A stretch of 63,566 bases of DNA, counting the filler, from Aduncisulcus paluster (taxonomy: Eukaryota), in NCBI GenBank assembly GCA_024181965.1. It is 10 parts of 10 records of this genome, joined end to end, with 100 filler letters (N's around TTAATTAATTAA, not from the genome) between each part and the next. Parts side by side here need not be neighbours in the genome. Positions count along the whole stretch, not along the records: positions 31,786 to 38,086 come from BQXS01011901.1; positions 38,187 to 51,867 come from BQXS01011902.1; 8 more parts are not named here. The stretch is one strand, 5' to 3'. The position numbers and the translations under genes are program-made. Every line of letters begins with the position of its first letter. Positions within the stretch are counted from its first letter, which is position 1. The notes beneath the pieces are model-generated. The model saw nothing but the letters and a program-made list of their open reading frames with translations, ran no database searches and was not told where the DNA came from. This document shows, piece after piece, positions 34,701 through 47,005 of this stretch.

Positions 34701-35454
34701 GATAAACTTATTTTCTTTAGATTCATACACACGAGAGAGAATACAACGGCCAACTAGAAGAGGACTGAAAGAACGCTCAGCAAGAGTATGACCGTCGGTA
34801 GCAGATATAATTACTGTTTCATGGGACATGGTGGCAAGAATGTCTGCATATGGATACCAGGATATGGAAATAATAGCTTCGACGTGTTTTCCCATGAGAG
34901 GAATACGCTTTCCTGTATGCTTATTGTAGAGTAAAAGATGTCCTTGAACTGTTCCAACTGCAAGAAATGGAGACCGTTTGGACCACGCCATACAGGTAGG
35001 TTTAGATAAATTAGTATCAAAATTAATTGTTTTCTTTCTTGTTGCGTCCCAAAAAATTATAACTCCGGTTGCAGGAAGTAGAATAGCTAATGTCTCTCCA
35101 TCACGATCCCACTCAAGATCGAGACAATAAGATGTTGGCAATGGGATCTTGTCAACAAGATTACCCATCTTATTATATATATTAACATGTGGGCAACTAT
35201 CAGTTGCTCCAGTCGCAAGAAAATGTCCTTGTGGTTGCCATGCTACTAATGGAGCATTTGAACCAACTGAAGTAGGTGGCAATGAGAATAATTCTTTCTT
35301 TTATGAAAAATGTTTTGTTAAATTGATTAAAACACCATGATAACAGAAGATAAAAGGGCATTGAAAAAAAATCGGAGAAACACAAAGGTAAGTCCCAAAT
35401 GCTTGGATATATTTGATAAAAGTAAAATATAATAAATGATTTTCTACATACCAT
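31786..35454 (-). CDS. IFT144: Intraflagellar transport protein IFT144/WDR19, 3' partial; exon 1 coding part is only the ATG (35454-35452), exon 2 starts at 35297
   Basis: Spliced start MKELFSLP, then VAWQPQGHFLA, LEWDRDGETLAI, WSKRSPFLAVGTVQGHLLLYN...RIPLMGKH, matching the IFT144 N-terminal WD40 signature. Confidence 0.88.
35298..35451 (-). other. Spliceosomal intron (154 nt) immediately after the IFT144 start codon
   Basis: ATG|GTATGT...CATAAAAG|AAAGAATTA. The ORF otherwise has no ATG before the WD40 domain and is closed upstream by TAA. Confidence 0.8.
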
Positions 35455-36258
35455 TCCACCAATATGTTGATATGTGACGAAAATAGGAAATAGCTAAAAG
35501 ATGAAATTATTTCATTTGGAAAATATTCGCATTCAAATAGTTACATTGTTATTCCTTATTTAAGTCCAACAAAATAATGATGGCTAGTTTAGATTTGACT
35601 ATACGGAATTGACCGGAGTGGTGCTAGAGCTGTGGAGATAAAACAATAGCAATACATAAATTTTCGAGCTTTATTGAACTAGATTAAAATATTTAAAATT
35701 GTTTTATGTGTGATCATGGATAATTAAAAAAGATAGAGGATACAAGTTTTGATAGGATTGAAAGTACCAATGAAAGGGTATTTCTTGTTAGGAGCCTCAT
35801 TTATCATCAATGGAAGAGTGTGTTTCTTCTGGTATCATTTCAAAAATAAATGATTTTCTACATACCATTCCACCAATATGTTGATATGTGACGAAAATAG
35901 GAAATAGCTAAAAGATGAAATTATTTCATTTGGAAAATATTCGCATTCAAATAGTTACATTGTTATTCCTTATTTAAGTCCAACAAAATAATGATGGCTA
36001 GTTTAGATTTGACTATACGGAATTGACCGGAGTGGTGCTAGAGCTGTGGAGATAAAACAATAGCAATACATAAATTTTCGAGCTTTATTGAACTAGATTA
36101 AAATATTTAAAATTGTTTTATGTGTGATCATGGATAATTAAAAAAGATAGAGGATACAAGTTTTGATAGGATTGAAAGTACCAATGAAAGGGTATTTCTT
36201 GTTAGGAGCCTCATTTATCATCAATGGAAGAGTGTGTTTCTTCTGGTATCATTTCAAA
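35431..36258. repeat. 414-bp perfect tandem duplication without a gap (35431-35844 = 35845-36258)
   Basis: Duplicates the IFT144 ATG, donor site and promoter plus the last codons of the upstream gene. AAATGATTTT microhomology at the junction. Confidence 0.88.
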
Positions 36259-38085
36259 AACAAATGATTTTATCCCCTCAGCAGCCTTGAATTCATTCAG
36301 AGCAACATTACAAGATTCTTTGACCCCATCTCTGATTCCTTCCCATGCCTCTCCATATTCACTTCTCATTCTTGAGACTGTCTTGGCCATGATGCTGGAA
36401 TGCAATTTCTGGCATTCTTTCTCATCACATAGTTTTCCCAAGACATACATCTCGCTATATAAAACAGATATATCCGACATTCTATACTTGTCCGGAGTAG
36501 ACACATCACGGGATTCTCTCCGCCACAAACTCCTCGATTTGTTGATATGAGAGAAGAGAGATATACATATTGATGCTCCTATTTTTAGACTGTGAGAAAG
36601 TGGAAGGTATTGTTGTAATGTCTTAAATAGATGATTGAGATGCTTGATGATGTCAAGGCCAAGTTTAAATATTTTACCGGCATCAGATGCAGTTGTCAAC
36701 TCTTGTCTGATACCAAAGGCACAACCACTGAGTAAATAGAACTCACTCTCTCGGATCCCTTCCTCGCTCACTTTGATGCACATAGAGCATGTCTCCTCAA
36801 TGTGGACGGCTGAGGGCAGGGAGGACACAGGAGAGAGGAGGACCCACAGGAAGGAGGAGAGGGATGATAGGGTGAAAGAAGAAGCTGAGGCAATGATGTG
36901 ACGCACTGTGTCAGACGAAAATGATTGGACTTGGAGTTGATCCTCTTCACCTCTGGAAGTGGACGATTCTACGGGTGAACGACTATGTTTCTTCGAGGAG
37001 AGAGAAAATGTTTGGATGGAGGCGGCAACTGATTCAATCAAAGTCCGGCATTCCAAAACTATCTCATTTCTAATAATAGAATCAGATTGTGATGAACAGC
37101 ATATCTTTTGTTCTAAAAATAGAAGAGATAACAATGAAGAAATCTTTTTCCATAATTGTTGAATTTCAGGTGTGACAATGAGTTCCTTCGTAAGCAATGA
37201 TAAAATTGATTCTTTCTTTTTTAGATCTGATTCTTCCTCTATTCTATTATTAATAACAGATGCACACCATTTTGGAATGTGATCCTCCAATTTGCTCAAT
37301 GAAGGAAAAGAGACAATGCCGGAAGAAGTCCGGGGATATTTGGATTGTGTCTGGATGGTTGATGTGAGCTGATGCATATAGTCGATCATTGAGAGCGAAA
37401 TAAGGTTTCCAAATAGAGACGATATCGTGGGATAGCGAGGGGGAAAGTTTGATTCGGATGGAGACCACACCTGATGTTGTTCTGAAGAAGAGGAAGAAGA
37501 GGAAGAGGAAGAGGAAGGATGATCAATTTTAATGGTGGAAGGATGGCACCAACCTAATTCGTTCTTGTGGAGTATGAAGAAAGAGAGGATGTCCTGCATA
37601 ACGACAACAGCCGACTCTCCATGATCTCCATACTGAGAACGCATGAGATACCCCACAAAGGTTCCACATACATTCACACACTTCGATTTCCAGAGTCTAA
37701 AAATAGAAATGAGAACGGACTCAACTGGACCGGATTGTTGAGCTGATGCCATTCCAAGGCTCCCTTTCCTCTCAAACCCTGTTGATGGTCCTGATGCTGA
37801 GGGATGTTGCAGGGAGGACTCGAGCGATATGGGAATCTCACTGCCAAGGGGGGACGTGACATGGATCTTTGGAATAGGGGAAGAGGAAACATACGTATTC
37901 GGACCACCAGGGAATTCACCTTCTCCAATAACACTAACACGAGAAGATGTGTGTGTGTCAGAGGTTTCACCAGGTATTGTCTCAGCTGGATCAAAGGAGG
38001 ATGATGAGTCATGATGGTGGTGTTGACTGACTTTCTCGCCAATTGACTTTCTTAGTTTGTCTTTCTCACTTTCTAAATTTAGATT
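36211..38085 (-). CDS. Hypothetical alpha-helical protein, 5' partial
   Basis: The frame of ORF 36211-37752 stays open upstream to the linker (NLNLESEKDKLRKS...GSLGMASAQ). Confidence 0.75.
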   Translation of the reverse strand, partial: NLNLESEKDKLRKSIGEKVSQHHHHDSSSSFDPAETIPGETSDTHTSSRVSVIGEGEFPGGPNTYVSSSPIPKIHVTSPLGSEIPISLESSLQHPSASGPSTGFERKGSLGMASAQQSGPVESVLISIFRLWKSKCVNVCGTFVGYLMRSQYGDHGESAVVVMQDILSFFILHKNELGWCHPSTIKIDHPSSSSSSSSSSSEQHQVWSPSESNFPPRYPTISSLFGNLISLSMIDYMHQLTSTIQTQSKYPRTSSGIVSFPSLSKLEDHIPKWCASVINNRIEEESDLKKKESILSLLTKELIVTPEIQQLWKKISSLLSLLFLEQKICCSSQSDSIIRNEIVLECRTLIESVAASIQTFSLSSKKHSRSPVESSTSRGEEDQLQVQSFSSDTVRHIIASASSFTLSSLSSFLWVLLSPVSSLPSAVHIEETCSMCIKVSEEGIRESEFYLLSGCAFGIRQELTTASDAGKIFKLGLDIIKHLNHLFKTLQQYLPLSHSLKIGASICISLFSHINKSRSLWRRESRDVSTPDKYRMSDISVLYSEMYVLGKLCDEKECQKLHSSIMAKTVSRMRSEYGEAWEGIRDGVKESCNVALNEFKAAEGIKSFVFEMIPEETHSSIDDK

Positions 38086-38186
38086 CNNNNNNNNNNNNNN
38101 NNNNNNNNNNNNNNNNNNNNNNNNNNNNNNTTAATTAATTAANNNNNNNNNNNNNNNNNNNNNNNNNNNNNNNNNNNNNNNNNNNN

Positions 38187-41100
38187 GAGGAGAAAGGAGA
38201 GTGGCCTTTCCAAGCTGTTTGGTGATGGCACGTTGGACAGAAACGGAGCAATTGAAGAGAGTGTCACCAGATCCGTCATGGACAAAGTCGACCTGGACAA
38301 GACGAGCAGCAGTTTGTTGAGCAGTATTCTCGATCTTTGCAGCAAAGTTACTCATGAGTTTCTTAGCACTAACATGACATGTGTGGAAGAGGGCACGAGA
38401 AAGCTCGGGATTGAGTGCCAAGAACTCACTCACAACCTTCTCAGGAATACTGGAGGTTATCAAGGGAGCTTGCATTGGAGATAGCTGTCCTTGAGCATTT
38501 GAGAAGGGCATGGCATGGATAACACCAGCAAGAAGTTGCTTGGCTGTTAATTTGGCCCTGGAGATACTCAAAGCAGTCAACAAAGAGTGGGGAACAATCA
38601 GAGGTATCGAGGAAGGGAGGGTGTAGACACGATCAGCTGCTGGAGAAGCAGGTGCATTTGTCCCTGAAACATCAGTAACACCAACATCATCTCCAGAAGG
38701 CTGGGAAGATCCATCACTGGTTCCTGAAGAAATGACCTGGGTCTGACCTTGGGAGCTAGCAGCAGCAGCAGGTGGAGGTATTATTCCAGGAGGTGCTTTA
38801 ATAGCTGTATCCTGAGATAATTTCCTATTCTTTTGACTCCTGACCTTTGTCACATGACGACGGACAAACTGAAGAAGCTTGATTGAGATGTCATCAATGA
38901 TTTGAATATCTTCAACCTTCAAGTCCTTACAAAAGTGTTCACCACGAAGGTTATCCATAACAAGACCAGGGAGGAAGAAATTGACCTGTTCCTTAGCCTC
39001 GAGTAACAGTCTGCACTCTTCAAGGGTGGCGCCAAACAGATGTTTGACTGTTCCAGCTGATCCCCCTTCTCCTTCTTTCTCTCCCTCTTGCTTGCTCTTC
39101 CTTTGTGCCTTGAGCATCTTAACTTGTTCTGAATAAGCACTCATGTCCATATCCATCACACCTTTGAGCATTCCCAGGATACCCATGCACCATGAGGAGG
39201 TGGGCAAGAGGAATGGGTTGTCACGGCAGCTGCTCAGGAGACCACGAAGGAAAGAGAGGAACTGAGCCACAGTCTCATAGCATACACAGTTCATGAACAC
39301 ACTGGGGATATCAAGATCAGCAGAAAACAGGGGACGCTTCTCGGCAATAGTTAAGTAACCGAGCCAAGCACCAAGCTTCTGAAGGTAATCTCTAAGACTT
39401 TCCTTCATTGAAGCAGAGGAAGTGTTGGCGACTTTTTGGAGATTCCTGCGAAGATCCATCAATGTCTCACCAAGAACGAGAGGGAGGAGATCGGGCTTAT
39501 CGATACCACGGAGAAGCTCAACAAACGCCTGGGAATGTGATGATGTGCAACAACGCTCAACCAATACAGATGCAAACCACTGATACTCAACAGCGTTAAG
39601 CTCTTTCCCGAGCTTAGCACCTGTCTTACAGGCGGTGGCCGGGGTTACACGGTTGAAGTATCCGTTCACACGTTTCTTGATATGTTCAGTGGGTTCGAAC
39701 TGAGCAGGAACTTGGGGAACACTGATGGGGCCAGCGGGTACTACAGGTTCGTGAGGCACAGCTTGCACGCCAGGAGGTGTGACTGTGGGTATGATCTGAG
39801 TTGCAGGAGCCTTGGCAGTGGTGTCAACAGTTTCGAGTTCTTCCTTGGGTGGAGCAAATGGAACAACGAGTTTCTTGGCATCGGGCTCAATACAATCAAT
39901 CACCTCTTGCTGTCTTAACTTGATGGGCTCACTAGTTTCNNNNNNNNNNNNNNNNNNNNCTTGATATGTTCAGTGGGTTCGAACTGAGCAGGAACTTGGG
40001 GAACACTGATGGGGCCAGCGGGTACTACAGGTTCGTGAGGCACAGCTTGCACGCCAGGAGGTGTGACTGTGGGTATGATCTGAGTTGCAGGAGCCTTGGC
40101 AGTGGTGTCAACAGTTTCGAGTTCTTCCTTGGGTGGAGCAAATGGAACAACGAGTTTCTTGGCATCGGGTTCAATACAATCAATCACCTCTTGCTGTCTT
40201 AACTTGATGGGCTCACTAGTTTCAGTTCCACGGACAATACTGAGGATATACGCATGAGTTGGAACCTCACATTTAAGAACCTGATTGGCAAAGGCGACCC
40301 AGGCAGCCAAACGATGAGTGAAAACTTCCAGTGCGGAGAGACCGAAACTACGATATGTGGTACTGCGACTCTTAAGGGCGTTCAAAACAAGGGATACAGC
40401 CAGTCCGAAGATAATATCGGGAAGGAAAGTAGCCGAATCATTAATAAATTCACCAACAAGTCTTCCAAAAACAACCGAGTACTTGGAAATGCTTTCAAGC
40501 TTACCACGAGCACAGAAATTAAGGAGTTTCAACACAACCATTCGACACGTGTTTCTATCATCAAGATTGGTACTTCTTCCAAGAGTATGAAGAGTACTAA
40601 CAAAGGTATCAAGACGCTTGGCAATGCTGACCATACAGAAATCACTCGGACCCTCATCAGAAGGAGTAGGAGGAGGAATCATTGGGGGCATCGGGGTCGA
40701 TTCATTGACTACAAGAAGGAACAGATGGTGCACAGTCAACTCAGAGGCTACTCGAGCTTTGAGTTCTTGGTTCTGCTCCAGGAGAGTGTTATGGTTCATC
40801 AAGGCATAACTGTTAACACTTGGAATGGCATTCTTCACTTCTTCAAGGACACTTTCATACGAGGGATCACGGCACCAACGTAGATGGGCAGCAAGGACAC
40901 TGAAGAAGGAAGCTGCCGTCTGAGGAGTGATTTCAGCCTCAGATACCTTGGAATTCTTCTGTATCTTGGCTCTTAGGTAATCAAGGACACTCTTGACAAA
41001 TGNNNNNNNNNNNNNNNNNNNNCATCAAGGCATAACTGTTAACACTTGGAATGGCATTCTTCACTTCTTCAAGGACACTTTCATACGAGGGATCACGGCA

Positions 41101-43537
41101 CCAACGTAGATGGGCAGCAAGGACACTGAAGAAGGAAGCTGCCGTCTGAGGAGTGATTTCAGCCTCAGATACCTTGGAATTCTTCTGTATCTTGGCTCTT
41201 AGGTAATCAAGGACACTCTTGACAAATGGAGCACCAACGTTCAGGATCGACATATTTAACCACATTGTCAAATTCACATGCTTTCTCTGGGAACTCAGCG
41301 CAACCACATCGTTCACAAACATCATGTTACGCTCACCCTTAAGCCCTAAGATCATGGGAATGAGTCTCAAGTCGTAGGCAACATCGAGAAGCCGACCAAT
41401 TGAGTTGGGAGCAATGTTATAGGTGCACACAAGGGAGTCGACCAGGAACATTGGGTGTGTCCTGGAGAGAGGTGTTAGTTGAGTTATGAGAGAGGGAGAC
41501 GTACGAGAAAGGAAGAAGGAAAGACACTTGGCAAGCACAACACAGCACACGTGGAGCATAGCCATGGTCATATCAAATGATTGAACTTCCATTGTCTGAA
41601 TATGGGAATGAGTCTGTCCGACAGAGGCAAGGACAGCATCTGGAACATTCTCACAGAAACGCCGGAATAACTTATGAGCTGTTGAGCCGTCAAGACTAGT
41701 CACAGTACTCGCAGGAGATGTGATCGAACTTCCAACGTTTGAGAGGGTTCCGTCATGATTCTTGGTGAGTCCAAGAAGTTCAAGACTCTTCGCCTCTCCG
41801 AGAACCATCGTCTCTTTAGCAGCAAGAACAACCAACACGTAAGACATCTCGACAGAGGAGAGCAGTTGACACATATGTTCTTTTTCTGGATCAAGCGTAC
41901 CCTTACTACGTTGGAGAATATCAACGACGTGTTTGCACTGGATCTGGGTTCGATCAAGGACCTCCAAGAGAGGAATGATGACCTGATGCCCAGTGAGTAA
42001 GCTCTGTTCCTGAGGGTTGAGATGGGGGTTAGAACGAGCGAGATAAAGGTCAATAAAGGCGGTCACAAGGGTGATCTGACTGTCATAGTTTTGCCAGGGA
42101 CGAAGGATGGAGAGCAAAGGGAAAGGCACGGACCCACCACTGGCAATGTAGAATACTCGAAGAAATACATTCAAAAACTCATGCCAGTGGATCTGAGGGA
42201 TGCGAACACCAGCTCGGTATGAAAAGAACACCTTGTTCCAGTCAAATGGATTGCCAGTGATGACCTTGTTGAGGACATGTCCCACAACGTCCACATTCCA
42301 TGTATTGAGACCTCTAAGAATTGGTTGCATGTGATCTTGACTCAGAGGAGTGGGAGAAGATGTTTTCTTGAATCGTTGGAGATCCTGCAAATGCTTTTGA
42401 ACACGAACTTGTTGCTGCTGTTGCTGAGCAGATAGACTTGGAGTAGTGACTGAGAAATGGGAACACACCTGTTGAAGAGTCAGAATATGGTCTGGTGAAG
42501 GTTTCTGAGCAAGGACACAAAGGGCATAGGCTATCTCATTTTCCTGAGGCATTGAGGAATAAAAATGGCGAAGTATAATCGCTAAAAAGATGTTTTCATC
42601 AAAGGTGACAGCGGGACCACACATGGAGAGAGTATCAGCAAGAGTAGGCTGACGGGCACCTGGAGTTTGAGATGGAACGGATCCAGTTGGAGCTGGATGG
42701 GTAGGTCCACTCATAGGTCGCTGTACAAGATGAACAGGGGTTGAAGAACTCGCAGGATGTGATCCTGGAGGTCTGACAGGTTGACTCATCAATTGGCGCA
42801 TTCGAATTTGTAAATTAAGACATACATCCCGTTTTTCTGGATCTGTATGTTGACTACTGGCGGCTTGGCTCAAGTACCAACTCATACAGTTCTTAGATGT
42901 ATCTGACAACATCCGAAATCCTTTAGGATCCTCAACTGCAGTTTTAGATATTGTTAAAAGACATTGAACAGTGTAATTGGCAAGCTCATGACGCTTGGAT
43001 TGTGTTATAGCAGTCAAAACAGGAATTAGTCGATCGACCTCGAGATAGCGATATAAAGAATCAAATAAATCGGAAGTCATAACCTTCTTATCAAAGATCC
43101 TCTCGAAAAGTTGGCAAATTTTGTGCAAATACTCACGGAAATAGCGTTCACCATCGGAAAGCAATTTGCCAACCACTTTTCGGACAAAATCGCATAAACG
43201 GGGATTAAAAACCCAACGTTCCCAAATACTTCTCAAAAGATAAAATATTACAGGAGTTAAAACGTCAACTGCTGGATTTTCGGCGAGCTATTAAGAAAGA
43301 AGCGGAATAAGTGATGAATGAATTATACCAGGTTAAAGCAGGTGGAAAAGAAAAATAATGGCAGAAAAAATACCAAAAAAGTAAATGAGAATGCATAATC
43401 TGTAATGAATTTTAAAATATAATACAAGAACATACCTTTTCAACCTCTTGGACATATACGTCAATGGGCTTGTCTTCATTAAATATAGCTTGAAATATTT
43501 CCTCTACCCTCGAATATAGGGTAGATCCAGGTTCCAT
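38187..43537 (-). CDS. CNOT1: CCR4-NOT scaffold NOT1, 3' partial; exon 1 43537-43436, exon 2 from 43287; split by two overlap duplications
   Basis: IGRLLDVAYDLRLI...FVNDVVALSSQRKHVNLTMWL (HEAT region), FGLSALEVFTHRL (TTP-binding region), LQKLGAWLGYLTIAEKRPLFSADLD (CAF1-binding MIF4G), LVQVDFVHD (DUF3819). Confidence 0.9.
43288..43435 (-). other. Spliceosomal intron (148 nt, phase 0) in NOT1
   Basis: AAG|GTATGT...TTCTTAATAG|CTC joins the 34-codon exon MEPGST...EVEK in frame to the 43236 ORF. Confidence 0.85.
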
Positions 43538-44558
43538 TTTTTGCCGTTTTGGGATGAGCGAAGGAAATTGGATGCAGTGAAAGTTGAACTCGATTGAGTT
43601 TGTTCTCAAGCGGAGATTCGATATAACAAAACAGATACATGTAAAGACAGCATTAAATAAGAAGTAAAACGTTATCATAACCACTTAAATAGTGATAATA
43701 TCAGTGCTTCATGATTTTGATGACACAGGATCGTGACAATCCAATATAGCTTATTATTATTATTTTATAACATATCCCATAATATATTCGTTTTTTAATT
43801 TGTATATTTTAGAATAAAATTTTTGATAATTCCTTATTTCATGAGTTAATATTAAATATTTTTGCTTACACATCAACTATTTTTCCCTTAATCTTGAAAT
43901 GAATAGAGAGAATACTCTTCAAATAATAAGAAGTTAAAGTGCAAATGAATTGAATTTATTCCAAATGAGTCCAATATTCCAATTGGCCTCTCCTACATGG
44001 TTTAGCAGGATATTCCTAGAAAAAGCAATATTTTTGCAAATATTTTTATCTTTTCATCTTGTATTATCTCATTTATTACTGAAATATCATTGTTCCACCG
44101 AATACATGGTATGACATTATTCCAAGACATTCATTCCCTTGTGGAAGAGAAAAAATTTACTAATAATTGGAAAATATTATAAAATTAGAATACAAATATC
44201 GTAATGCAACAGAATCATTATTAATGCCCCATACTGCCCAACTTCACAACAAGAAGAAGCGCCTCATCTGAGATGAATAATATTGAAATACACTAAAAAA
44301 ACAACAACAATAAATATTCAATCGCCATAGATTAGCTTAGTTAACGTTATTATTTGAGCAAAACAGGATAAAAAAGAAAGATAGCAGAAGCAATAAGGAT
44401 GCAAGGTTAATGACAGATATCGAAAATAATAATATGAGATTTGTGACATCAAGTGTCAAACCAAACACCATGGAAATCTATTTTTAGTCACATAATTTTA
44501 CACAAACATACAACATCCTCAATATGATTAAGCCAGACTCAATATGATTAAGCCAGAC

Positions 44559-46499
44559 TCAAGGATTGATGCTTTCTTCTTCCCGGTCATTATACCTGGC
44601 AATCTCATCACTAAGAACACACACACACCTGTTGAAGGTGATCATCTTGTTACCGTGAGGATCTAAAGCATCGAGGGCAGCAAGGAGCCTTGCTCGGGAC
44701 ATGCCAGGATCCATCGATAGCATAATACTCTCACAGTCCTTCTCAGTCACAATACCATCGGAATCGGTGTCAAAGCGGCGGAATAAGGTAATAAACCTCC
44801 TCAAAAACTCACAATGGCCCTTCAATTGATTATCAAGCAAGATCTCCAAGAATGTGCTGAATAATAAGCGTCCCTTGGGTAATTTCTTGAGTGTGTCTGT
44901 CCTTTTCTTTGCTGATTGATCCCTGGCTTCCTCCTTCTCCTTTCTATACTGGGCAGCGGCGTTCTTAAGCTCTGTTTTGAGGGACAAGTCACCCTCACTT
45001 CCCTCAGCAGTTTGTTTCTCCTTGCCGACATACATATATCCAATAATATCTGTCCATTCCCGTTCCCTGATTTCTCCACGAGGTCCTGTGCGTTGGTTTA
45101 CAAGACGTTTCAGCTGTTCCTCTCCAACAAGAGGATGCTTTCCACGCAGATATACACGCAAAAGTTCAATAACAGTATCCTTAACCTGTCGCTGAACAGC
45201 AACAAACTCCTCATCAATTTCATTGTGAACAACCCTTGAAAATACCCTCACGTAGTTGTCCGTGGGCTCATACTTGGCAACACCCTCGAGGACAGCTTGT
45301 GCCCACTGTGTGATGAGTCGTTTCATACCATACTTAATGTTTAAGAATGTAAACAAGTGCTGTTCCATTGTCTCCACAGGGAGACCACTTGACATGCACC
45401 TCTTGTCATACTTTGCCTTGCTAACATACAGCTCGGAAATAAAACGTTTGAGTTGAGCCAGAGAGAGGACCTTCTTGCGGACAGAGGAAGAGGAGAGAGG
45501 GGTTGAAGTGGGAGAGGCAAAGGATGGAGGAATACCATACGTAGCAGGCGCTGATGTGGGAATGGATGCAGGAGTTCCAGCTTCTAGAGAAGCATGAGCA
45601 TGGGAAGAGAGCTTTCCATGGGAACTGGATGAAACCATTGAGGCTGAAGAAGAAGAGCCGGCACCTGCCGAAGATCCCTTTTTCATCTTGAGCATCATCT
45701 CAAGCTGTTTGACTTTTGTACGCAGACGCTCAATCTCGGCCATTTGCCAGCCATTCCGTTCAACATGCATTTGGAGCTCTTCATCTTTCATTTCATCAGG
45801 CATTTCAACCCCTTGAGCTCTTGGTTGAACCTCTTGAGGCTCAAGAATAAGTTGGGATGAAGAATCAGAGTGGGCTGTGATAGATGAGGAAGATGGCTCA
45901 GTGTGCATTTGAGATTGCATCGGAGGTTGTATTTCATCACGAATTGGTGGATTAGATTGAGAAATTGTAAGAGGTTCAGAAAGAGGGAGAGGATTTGGTG
46001 GACCTTCTCCGAGATCGGGTTCTTCGATCAAATTCTCTTCCATTTCCTCTTCTTCCTCATATTCTTCATATTCTATTTCTTCTTCTTCGTCCAAAACAAG
46101 ATCCATTCCCAGAGGTTCCTTCAAAACAAAGTCTTCATCTCCTTCATTCAATGGCAATCCATTGATAATATGGAGTTGTGGAAGATTTGTAATAACATCA
46201 TCTTCTTCTTCTTCAGAGGCTAAATCAACGTAAAGACACTTTAGTGTGGGACATTCACGTAGACAAGTAATAAAACTCTGTAAATCATCTGGATGCGGAT
46301 TTCCAGACAAATCAAGAATAGTGAGAGATTTTAATGGAGCCAAAGAAGAATATTTCGTGATATTATTATTTCTTAAAAATAGAGCTGTTAGTTTAGGGAA
46401 GCGCTGTAGCTCTGATATGAGCTCGTCTAAATCAGTGATACCTGCCCCATCAATTCTTATTTTTTCAACTCCCGGATCCAAATGTGAAAATCCTTTCAT
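44559..46499 (-). CDS. N-terminal LRR, coiled-coil and C-terminal EF-hand protein
   Basis: LTALFLRNNNIT, LTILDLSGNP and LPQLHIING (LRR and cap); a conserved-looking helical block ETMEQHLFTFLNIKYGMK; EF-hand FDTDSDGIVTEKD. Confidence 0.85.
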   Translation of the reverse strand: MKGFSHLDPGVEKIRIDGAGITDLDELISELQRFPKLTALFLRNNNITKYSSLAPLKSLTILDLSGNPHPDDLQSFITCLRECPTLKCLYVDLASEEEEDDVITNLPQLHIINGLPLNEGDEDFVLKEPLGMDLVLDEEEEIEYEEYEEEEEMEENLIEEPDLGEGPPNPLPLSEPLTISQSNPPIRDEIQPPMQSQMHTEPSSSSITAHSDSSSQLILEPQEVQPRAQGVEMPDEMKDEELQMHVERNGWQMAEIERLRTKVKQLEMMLKMKKGSSAGAGSSSSASMVSSSSHGKLSSHAHASLEAGTPASIPTSAPATYGIPPSFASPTSTPLSSSSVRKKVLSLAQLKRFISELYVSKAKYDKRCMSSGLPVETMEQHLFTFLNIKYGMKRLITQWAQAVLEGVAKYEPTDNYVRVFSRVVHNEIDEEFVAVQRQVKDTVIELLRVYLRGKHPLVGEEQLKRLVNQRTGPRGEIREREWTDIIGYMYVGKEKQTAEGSEGDLSLKTELKNAAAQYRKEKEEARDQSAKKRTDTLKKLPKGRLLFSTFLEILLDNQLKGHCEFLRRFITLFRRFDTDSDGIVTEKDCESIMLSMDPGMSRARLLAALDALDPHGNKMITFNRCVCVLSDEIARYNDREEESINP

Positions 46500-47005
46500 G
46501 TTAATATTGTTTAGAAGAGTCCGAACGCGAGGAAAGCACCTGTGTGTTTTCTTGATTTTAAAGGAATCAAATATACCACCAAAAAAGTGATAAAATTGTA
46601 TTTTAATTCGATTTTAATTATTATTTTCCTATTTTTCTGGCAGAAGAAAAAAATAGACTTTCGGAAGGTTCTAGCAATTTATATATACTATGATTTTATA
46701 AACTAACTTTTACATCTCATATAATATCAAAATGAGTGATTTTTGAAGCATTTGAGAGTAAAATTGAACCATGATGATGAAATCACTCGCTTACCATGTT
46801 TGTATTCCGATTATCTCCTAGAATAGATTTAGTTTGAGATAATTTTACGCTTAAATAATTTTTTATATCATATTACTTGTGTATGTTTCTTTTATTCATC
46901 TCTTTATCCAAATTTTTGTTATCTCGATTGTTTTAACTTTTTATGTTATATTGCCATTTATTTTTTATCAACATAGTAATTTAGAAAATATTTTATTATT
47001 TATCA

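Noticed and set aside
44518..44562. 20-nt tandem repeat CTCAATATGATTAAGCCAGA x2 at the stop of the LRR-EF-hand gene
   Set aside because: A simple two-copy local duplication with no evident function.
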